Assembly: GCA_001600695.1 (NCBI GenBank)
Contig: BCKQ01000009.1
Span: forward strand, 328,913-392,912
Direction of reading: 5' to 3'
DNA length: 64,000 bases
Source of the DNA: Ascoidea asiatica JCM 7603
Lineage: Eukaryota; Fungi; Ascomycota
Positions 57,201-64,000 of this stretch are shown here, one piece after another; within the stretch, counting starts at the first letter, position 1; each line of letters starts with the position of its first letter. The notes under the pieces were generated by a model. That model ran no database searches. It was not told the origin of the DNA and saw only the letters and a program-made list of their open reading frames with translations. The position numbers and the translations under genes are program-made.

Positions 57201-60200
57201 CTCGTCTTATAAATAGCAATGATTTGATTGAGAACAAATATTTAACCAATGTTCTTTCTTTGCAAAAGCAAGTTTCTGTTTTTGACACTAAACTTGATAA
57301 GCTTCAAAAATTCAAATTTAATTTGAGTGTATGTCTTGATGATATGCTCAAATGCCCTTATAATAAATCGTCCTTTGAAAATATACTCTCGACCATTCAA
57401 AAATTAGTAAATGAAATAATTCTCGAGGACTATAGCAATATTGTAACTTTAGTGAGCAAGATAAACATGAAAATTGAGAAAATTTTAATAAGTAGATGTT
57501 CTACAATTATAGTTGTATGGATTCAATTATTAAAGGGTGAGTATTATGAAAGTCAAGATGATTTTTCAGATAGCATTTTCACAAGCTTGTTAATGGCTGA
57601 AAAGGATTTGGGAGCATTTCAACAAGAAAAAAATCAAATTGAACTAAAAAATCTTATCAACTATGTGAAGCTGTTATTACCTGTTTGTAGACATGAGATT
57701 GTGCTTAGGGATGAAGCTATATCAGTTTATCCTCCCATAGAAAATGCCAAATTGCTATGGATCTATAATTTACAGAAGTGCATAAAAATCGTTCAAGATC
57801 TTCAAATTATCAGTGATAATAGTTTTGATGTTCAAGTAGATGGAAACACCTCGAATATCAGAACATCAGAAAAACTTCAGAGGACTTTCAATAAAACTAG
57901 TTCGCAAAAAAGAAACTCATCAGAAAAGAGATGTTTTTCTAGAATTAGTGAATCTTCTGCTATTTTCAAAAAGATTGAAAACTGCTTTATAATAATTGAG
58001 TCTCGTTTTAGAGAAGGAAAAAAATACATAGAGAGTTGGATAAATTTTCAGAGTTTGTACGATCTTCGATTAGAAGACGTTTATAAACAGCTCGGAACTG
58101 ATATTCTGGACTGGATTGAAGTTTTAAATGAAATTAGACAATCTAAGCAAACTTTTGATACAGTAGAAACCAATAAAAAATTTGGAACTTTTCTTATTGT
58201 CGACTATGAACAAGCACAAATGAGAGTAAATGCCAAATATGATGTTTGGCAAAAACAGATAATTTTCAAGTTCTCGGAGATTCTAAACTTACAAATGAAA
58301 GGAGTTCATAGAGAAATTTTGAATGCTAAGCAATATATAGAGAAAACAAGAATGGACTTTTCTTTGACTAAAAATATTGTTCAGCTAATTTCGAATGCTT
58401 ATAAAATCAAGGGCTCAATTTCATTATGGCAAGAGCATTTGAATCTTTTTTCTCAAGGACAAGCCTTTCTTTCTAGACATAGATTCAGGTTTTCTTCAGA
58501 GTGGCTTTACTTTGAACAAATTGAGGGAGACTTTAGCTCTTTGAGTCAAACTTTAGAGAGAAGATTGGCAACTATAGATGATCAAATGGATGTAATATCT
58601 AAACGAATTGAAAGTGAGTCATCAAGAGTTAATGAATTGATTTTTAATTTGAAACAAACTTGGTCATTAAAGAAGCCTGTTTCTGGAAATATAATACCTT
58701 CAGTAGCACTTGCTTTGTTGAAAAATTTTGAGACTCAAACTACGGATCTTAAAAGTGAAAAGGATTTATTATTGGAAGCATCCAGAATATTATCACTTTC
58801 TATAAATGAAGATAGAACTTTACTGAACCTTAATGAAGAGATAAAGGACTTAACGAATGTATGGTCCTCAATTGAGGTGCTTTGGCGTTCTCTAGAAGAT
58901 TTAAGATTACTTGATTTTGACTCAATAAATCCTAGACTGGTTAATTCTCAATTGCAACAGTTACTATTTAGAGCGCGAACTATGCCTACGAGGGTTCGTC
59001 AATATGCAGCTTTTGAAGAAATACAAAATATTATTAAAGGATATATCAAAGTTAACCCATTGGTTACTGACTTAAGATCTGATTCTATTAAACCAAGACA
59101 TTGGCAGGATCTTTTTGAAAAATTAAATGCTAGAGATCTAAAATTAAATTCTATTTCATTGGGTGACATATATAATCTTCAATTAGAGATGAATCAAGCA
59201 ATCGTAAAGAGCATTGTAGCCCAAGCTAATGGTGAAAAAGTTCTTGAAGATTCTTTAGGAAAAATAACAGAAAACTGGACAACTACTACTTTCACTCTAT
59301 TTAATTATAAAAGTAAATGCAGATTGATCAAAGATTGGAATGTTTTGTTTGAGCAATGTTCCGATGATTTAGGTGTTTTGGCAACAATGCATCATTCAAC
59401 TTTTTTCAAGATATTTGAAAAAGAAGTACTTCAATGGGAAGACAAGCTCAACCAGTTACTTACATTATTTAATATGTGGATAGAAGTTCAGAAATTATGG
59501 GTTTACTTAGAAGGAATATTTGGTGATAAAAAGTTAGATATTATAAATCTTCTTCCCATTGAATCTTCTAGATTTAACAATATTACTTCTGAATACTTTT
59601 TGATTATGAAAAGAATCTTCAAATCTCTTTTAGTTATTGAATCCTTGAATAATGAAAATGTTCAGGATAATATGCAGCGGTATCTAGATGCTTTATCTAA
59701 AGTGAAAAAATCTTTGAATGACTATCTTGAGAAACAAAGAGAATTATTTCCAAGGTTTTATTTTGTTGGTAATGAAGATCTCTTGGAAATAATTGGTAAT
59801 GCAAATGATGTGATCCATGTTGGAAAACATTTAAAAAAAATGTTTTCTGGAATTAGTGGCATAATATATGATGATCCATATATCAAAGGAATAACGTCTT
59901 CTGAAGGTGAGCAAGTTTTATTTTGTAATCCTATTATGAAGCCTTCGTCCTTGAACGAATGGTTGAAGGAAGTTGAAATTGAAACAAAAATAACTTTGTC
60001 AGTTTTGCTAGGTGAATCAATATTGGAATTTCAGAAATTTTTCAGTTCAGAGAATGAAATGGATACGTTATTTGAGTGGTTAAAAAAATTTCCTGCTCAA
60101 GTATGCTTACTAACATCCCAAGTAGTGTGGTCTGACGAAACGGAGACACAACTATTAAAAGGTGATATTTCTGGTCTTTCTGATCTAAAAATTACATTCA

Positions 60201-63200
60201 ATAATTTATTGAAAAAACTAGCTGCAGTTTCTACCGAAAATTTCAATTTAGTTGATAGAAAAAAGCTTGAAATTTTAACTATTGAGTTTGTTCATGAAAG
60301 AGATGTTATCTCTGATCTAGTAGATAATAATATTTCGTCAGTGGCTAACTATCTTTGGACTTCCCAACAAACTTTTTGGTATGACAAATCGTTAGAGGAT
60401 TATACCAAGCGACTAGTGGTAAAACAAGCTAATGTTCAATTTAACTATGGATTTGAATATTTAGGTGTACCTGATAGGTTGGTTTATACTCCATTGACTA
60501 ATCAATGTTTTTTGGCAATGACTCAAGCTTCAGCTCAAAAACTTGGTGGTTCCCCATATGGACCTGCTGGAACTGGTAAAACAGAAACGGTTAAAGCTTT
60601 AGGGCAAAATCTTGGTAAGATGGTATTAGTTTTCTGCTGTGATGAATTCTTTGACTTTCAAGCTATATCTAGAATTTTATTTGGTATTTGCCGGGTTGGG
60701 GTTTGGTGCTGTTTTGATGAATTTAATCGTCTTCAGTCATCTATTCTTAGTTCGGTCTCATCTCAAATTGAAAAAATAGAAATGGGGTTACTTTCTAATA
60801 AGACTGTAGAACTTTCTGGTAAAAGTGCCATTGTTAATAAAAATTCTGGGATTTTTATTACCATGAATCCAACTTATGCTGGAAGATCGAATCTTCCGGA
60901 GAATTTGAAAAAGTTATTTAGAAGTTTTTCCATGGACAAGCCTAATAGGGAAATAATAGCAGAGGTAATTCTTGTATCACAGGGTTTTATATCTGCAAAG
61001 GAGATTGCTTTGATTATATCTGATTTCTTCCTTGATTTGCAAAACTCATCTACTAATCAATTGCATTATGATTTTGGTTTACGTGCCATTAAATCAATAT
61101 TGATAAATTGTGGGAAAATAAAAAGAAAAGGAAAAATATCTGATGAAAGAAAATTGGCTTTCAAGAGTATAAAATCTACCATCGCACCAAAACTTGTTTC
61201 AGATGATGTTCCAATATTTACATCTTTAATGAAAAAATACTTCCCAAATTTTTCTTTGGAATCCGATGATAGCGAATACGACCCTACTCTAAATGCTTTG
61301 AAAAAAGTGACTCTTAATGATAATTATGCAGCATCCGAATCCTGGATTAGAAAAGCTTTGCAGCTTTATGACATTCAAGGAACTCATCATGGGTTTATTC
61401 TTGTTGGAAAATCAGGTTTTGGAAAAACTGTTTTGTGGAGGGAATTATTGAAAGCAATGAACCTTGTTGATCAAATTGATAACATTATTTATACAATTGA
61501 TTGTAAGGTTATGTCTAAAGAGTCTCTTTATGGTTCATTAGACTCCGCTACACGAGATTGGAGTGATGGTTTATTTACAAGTATTTTAAGAAAAATTGGT
61601 GGAAATTTAAGAGGCGAACTAACAAAGAGAATTTGGATTGTCTTTGATGGCGATATAGATCCTGAATGGGTTGAAAATTTAAATAGTGTTCTTGATGATA
61701 ATAAAATATTGACTTTGCCAAGTGGTGAAAGAATAGATTTACCGCCAAATGTTAGACTTGTTTTTGAAGTTGATTCTTTAAAATATACTACACCGGCAAC
61801 AATCAGTAGATGTGGAATGATATGGTTTGGTGAATCTTTAATTGGCTCGGATTCATTCATTAATCATTTTATAACTGAATTAAAAACATCTGCTATTGAT
61901 GATGCGGAAGATATTATTTCTGCTATTCAATCTACAGGGACAGCATTTTTGGACGTTCAAAAAAAAATTGCTTCTTCAATCGAAGATGTGTTGACGAAAA
62001 ATCTCTTTTGTGATTCTATTCAATTATCTAAACGGCTTGTGCATATAATGCCATTTGATGAAGTTCATTGTATTAATAGTTTTTTCAGCATTTTGAAATC
62101 ATATGTTAGAAAACTTCTTGCTTTCATTTCAACAAATATGACACTTCTAGGAGAAGATTTTTCTGCTTATTGCTTTAAATCGGTTATTTTGTCTCTTTAT
62201 CTCGGTTTTGCTGGTTCTTGTGATTCAAATGGAAGAAGTGAGTTTTCCTCATTCTTGTCTCAAGCCTATGATCTTGGAATCAAAGATGATAGTTTGGTTT
62301 TTGATTACGATATTTCATTACCTGAGGCTGATTGGATTCCATGGTTAACTAAAGTTCCAAAAGTGGAACTTGAAACTCATTCTATTACTCGACCAGATGT
62401 GATTATTCCAACTTTAGATACAGTAAGACATGAGGACTTAATATATTCCATAATTAATGAGCATAAAGCGTTATTACTTTGTGGTCCTCCTGGTTCCGGT
62501 AAAACAATGACATTATTTACCGCTCTAAGAAAATCTCCCAACTTGCAGAGTATTGAATTAAATTTCTCAAAAGAAACTTCTCCTTCATTATTGATCAAAA
62601 CTTTGGAGCAATACTGTGAGTATAAACGAACTCCTAATGGAATGTCACTAGCTCCCACAACACCTGGTAAATGGTTAGTAATTTTCTGCGATGAAGTTAA
62701 TTTACCTGCTGCAGATAAATATGGAACGCAACGAGTGATATCCTTTATTAGGCAGCTTATTGAAAAGGGCGGTCTCTATAAAAACAATCAATGGATAACA
62801 ATTAAAAATATTCAATTTGTCTTTGCGTGCAATCCCCCTGTAGATGCTGGAAGAAACCCTTTAACTTTACGTTTTCTTCGTCATGTTTGTTTATTAACAG
62901 TTGATTATCCTGAAAGACTTTCTCTTACTCAAATATATGAAACCTTCAATAGCTCTATCTTGAAAATAGTTCCCCAATTAAGATATGCTTCCTCTCAATT
63001 AACAAGCGCGATGCTTACTGTTTTTACTGAGTGTTCAAAGAAGTTCACACCCGATAATCAAGTTCATTATATTTTCAGTCCTAGAGAGTTAACAAGATGG
63101 GTTAGAGGTATCTATGAAGCTATAAAGCAGGTTGATACGTTGGAGCTAGATAACCTTGTCCGATTATGGGCTCATGAAGCTCTTCGTTTATTTCACGATA

Positions 63201-64000
63201 GATTGGTCGGTCTTGAAGATCGATCATGGGTGTTCGAATTATTAAGAACTGTTGTTGTGGAGAATTTTCCCAACGTTAATGCTGAAATATCTTTGAAACA
63301 GCCTATTTTGTATTCAAATTGGCTTTCTCTTAATTATGCACCGGTTCAGGTAAATGAATTAAGGCAATTTGTTAAGGAAAGACTCCGTGTATTTAGTGAT
63401 GAAGAATTGGATGTAAATCTAATATTGTATGATGATTTACTAGATCATGTTCTTCGAATTGATAGAGTTTTACGTCAACCACAGGGGCATCTTATTCTTG
63501 TCGGTCCTAGTGGTAGTGGAAAAACAACGTTAAGTAGATTTGTTTCATGGATTAATGGTTTAAAAATTGTTCAGTTAAATGTTTCTAGGAAGTACACTCT
63601 TCAGGATTTTGATAACACTTTAAGAGATCTTTTAAGAAGAACAGGCTCTTTGGGAGAGAAAATATGTTTCATAGTAGATGAGTCTAATATCAAGGAAACT
63701 GCATTTTTGGAAAGGATGAATACCTTATTGGCTAACTCTGAAATTCCTGGATTATTTAATGGTGATGAACTAAGTTCATTGATGACAACTTGCATGGATC
63801 ATTCACAATCTCAAGGTTTATTGCTAGATACTCAAGAAGAATTATACAAGTGGTTTACACAGCAGATTACTGAAAATCTCCATGTTATCTTTACTATCAA
63901 TAATCCGAATGATCCCAACTCACCTCAAATCATATCATCTCCGGCATTATTCAATAGATGTGTCCTTAACTGGATGGGTGACTGGACTGATTCTACTTTG
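54224..64000 (+). CDS. DYN1: Cytoplasmic dynein heavy chain (5' part, runs off the window end)
   Basis: ATG at 54224 is in frame with EINFW, FPRFYFVG and four AAA P-loops: GPAGTGKT (60560), GKSGFGKT (61406), GPPGSGKT (62483), GPSGSGKT (63503). Absent from the ORF track, consistent with no stop inside the window. Confidence 0.96.
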   Translation, partial: MDFRSILSFNQSSKPSTISNKHDSSNDEIGEDSILSITSNNEEKSDDDKAKSNSPLKASKLIDFIFNLSKILQAAALDDVVYYNNPRSISLCNDFIAKDSPSTIFVIKIQLPQNKKNDNNLLLDPIIPSNDGNQANQNQNLNSNLNDNININNKSSNSNSNSKSQPKYYFLLLNQLIPLNQVISTIVVIKQKGSLLNNIPIDSQLQIINLPSQPSLNNNNTLQNNDDNNENNDNNNDNDTNIIAESEKKSIFSSNDDRKSYDSLRTLINLGVSPYFEALTQTSINPININEASINDIINNSGQINNQSNKLDSLINPNLNNIQPNEDDNSGAIGSARKKINELILSLQHIQQSVQTPDLSLTVHPIIKNAIEQCDLDNNNKDPIDFIPDNLLSDSNFLNHLQSIVNDWVKSVQSITKLSRDPSDGSAADEINFWTSMESALLSIQDQLNSPEITLTLEILKKAKRFYAAVSLLSDTGLKESLAVANRYNQLMKDLPLDELLSASIPKKVEEAIILIMNHLKKIRVTNYPISRVLPFVEVISSDVDLRLKSIIRSLNLMYLNYDEFIIKYQEINSVFQVWDRQIKEFTNLARELLRKRSEKFIFIRINSKTKLLKERLEYVSAFRSRHNELITTLNSIINTTNKNFVNFKFTNNINPINEMEFAFDSVRNVDIANTSSEGEKAWYSSEKVYNSRAQKVETAIVMMLRNILSNAKTANEMFSVFTKFNFLLSRPSINDSIQEYQTQLLEIVKRDINNLHKHFSRQSESRKLLRIRDLPPTASAIIWAKQVQRKLDFLLNRLELILGKNWTEYPEGLKIFLESVVFKKKLDTNPIYNGWLNEVMNTNIKGSLELNIFKIVRNSASELNESLGLIVNFDSKLILIFKEVRNICWLGFQVPHSIINNARLIRKVYPFAISLNEALKVFYESLNIYKELKEISILLREKKEELFRLVHNCFEIKWEDLSKAYDLSQISFLMNEENKSVQPNGNSDNIQSRLINSNDLIENKYLTNVLSLQKQVSVFDTKLDKLQKFKFNLSVCLDDMLKCPYNKSSFENILSTIQKLVNEIILEDYSNIVTLVSKINMKIEKILISRCSTIIVVWIQLLKGEYYESQDDFSDSIFTSLLMAEKDLGAFQQEKNQIELKNLINYVKLLLPVCRHEIVLRDEAISVYPPIENAKLLWIYNLQKCIKIVQDLQIISDNSFDVQVDGNTSNIRTSEKLQRTFNKTSSQKRNSSEKRCFSRISESSAIFKKIENCFIIIESRFREGKKYIESWINFQSLYDLRLEDVYKQLGTDILDWIEVLNEIRQSKQTFDTVETNKKFGTFLIVDYEQAQMRVNAKYDVWQKQIIFKFSEILNLQMKGVHREILNAKQYIEKTRMDFSLTKNIVQLISNAYKIKGSISLWQEHLNLFSQGQAFLSRHRFRFSSEWLYFEQIEGDFSSLSQTLERRLATIDDQMDVISKRIESESSRVNELIFNLKQTWSLKKPVSGNIIPSVALALLKNFETQTTDLKSEKDLLLEASRILSLSINEDRTLLNLNEEIKDLTNVWSSIEVLWRSLEDLRLLDFDSINPRLVNSQLQQLLFRARTMPTRVRQYAAFEEIQNIIKGYIKVNPLVTDLRSDSIKPRHWQDLFEKLNARDLKLNSISLGDIYNLQLEMNQAIVKSIVAQANGEKVLEDSLGKITENWTTTTFTLFNYKSKCRLIKDWNVLFEQCSDDLGVLATMHHSTFFKIFEKEVLQWEDKLNQLLTLFNMWIEVQKLWVYLEGIFGDKKLDIINLLPIESSRFNNITSEYFLIMKRIFKSLLVIESLNNENVQDNMQRYLDALSKVKKSLNDYLEKQRELFPRFYFVGNEDLLEIIGNANDVIHVGKHLKKMFSGISGIIYDDPYIKGITSSEGEQVLFCNPIMKPSSLNEWLKEVEIETKITLSVLLGESILEFQKFFSSENEMDTLFEWLKKFPAQVCLLTSQVVWSDETETQLLKGDISGLSDLKITFNNLLKKLAAVSTENFNLVDRKKLEILTIEFVHERDVISDLVDNNISSVANYLWTSQQTFWYDKSLEDYTKRLVVKQANVQFNYGFEYLGVPDRLVYTPLTNQCFLAMTQASAQKLGGSPYGPAGTGKTETVKALGQNLGKMVLVFCCDEFFDFQAISRILFGICRVGVWCCFDEFNRLQSSILSSVSSQIEKIEMGLLSNKTVELSGKSAIVNKNSGIFITMNPTYAGRSNLPENLKKLFRSFSMDKPNREIIAEVILVSQGFISAKEIALIISDFFLDLQNSSTNQLHYDFGLRAIKSILINCGKIKRKGKISDERKLAFKSIKSTIAPKLVSDDVPIFTSLMKKYFPNFSLESDDSEYDPTLNALKKVTLNDNYAASESWIRKALQLYDIQGTHHGFILVGKSGFGKTVLWRELLKAMNLVDQIDNIIYTIDCKVMSKESLYGSLDSATRDWSDGLFTSILRKIGGNLRGELTKRIWIVFDGDIDPEWVENLNSVLDDNKILTLPSGERIDLPPNVRLVFEVDSLKYTTPATISRCGMIWFGESLIGSDSFINHFITELKTSAIDDAEDIISAIQSTGTAFLDVQKKIASSIEDVLTKNLFCDSIQLSKRLVHIMPFDEVHCINSFFSILKSYVRKLLAFISTNMTLLGEDFSAYCFKSVILSLYLGFAGSCDSNGRSEFSSFLSQAYDLGIKDDSLVFDYDISLPEADWIPWLTKVPKVELETHSITRPDVIIPTLDTVRHEDLIYSIINEHKALLLCGPPGSGKTMTLFTALRKSPNLQSIELNFSKETSPSLLIKTLEQYCEYKRTPNGMSLAPTTPGKWLVIFCDEVNLPAADKYGTQRVISFIRQLIEKGGLYKNNQWITIKNIQFVFACNPPVDAGRNPLTLRFLRHVCLLTVDYPERLSLTQIYETFNSSILKIVPQLRYASSQLTSAMLTVFTECSKKFTPDNQVHYIFSPRELTRWVRGIYEAIKQVDTLELDNLVRLWAHEALRLFHDRLVGLEDRSWVFELLRTVVVENFPNVNAEISLKQPILYSNWLSLNYAPVQVNELRQFVKERLRVFSDEELDVNLILYDDLLDHVLRIDRVLRQPQGHLILVGPSGSGKTTLSRFVSWINGLKIVQLNVSRKYTLQDFDNTLRDLLRRTGSLGEKICFIVDESNIKETAFLERMNTLLANSEIPGLFNGDELSSLMTTCMDHSQSQGLLLDTQEELYKWFTQQITENLHVIFTINNPNDPNSPQIISSPALFNRCVLNWMGDWTDSTL

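Noticed and set aside
55134-63795. Six minus-strand ORFs in the ORF track
   Set aside because: Antisense shadows of the dynein heavy chain frame.

Overview
Very AT-rich, intron-poor eukaryotic DNA from a budding yeast (Saccharomycotina). Poly-Asn-rich proteins and rare CTG codons at polar positions fit a CUG-Ser lineage, possibly Ascoidea-like; this assignment is inference. I can support about 22 protein-coding genes. Recognisable ones are an XlnR-type Zn2Cys6 factor, a Myb protein, MSO1, COA1, MSH1, VPS24 (spliced), DCR2, a NIPA Mg2+ transporter, RRS1 (spliced), GAD1, LHS1, an Svl3/Pam1-like ApbA protein (spliced), MDV1/CAF4, COX11, SDA1, MIL1 and the 5' 9.8 kb of dynein heavy chain, which the ORF track misses. 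I found no rRNA, tRNA, CRISPR array or intact mobile element. The best candidate for an undescribed system is a head-to-head pair of paralogous orphan genes at 15.0-20.9 kb. Both encode secreted, probably GPI-anchored proteins sharing a Cys-rich core of 18-residue amphipathic repeats, and a palindromic Ndt80/MSE-like site lies in their shared promoter. Other points of note are an XlnR-like regulator in a budding yeast, two introns with AAG acceptors, an extreme AT trough at 34-45 kb with GC-rich intergenic islands, and two recurrent intergenic motifs. All homology calls come from recalled motifs, not database searches.
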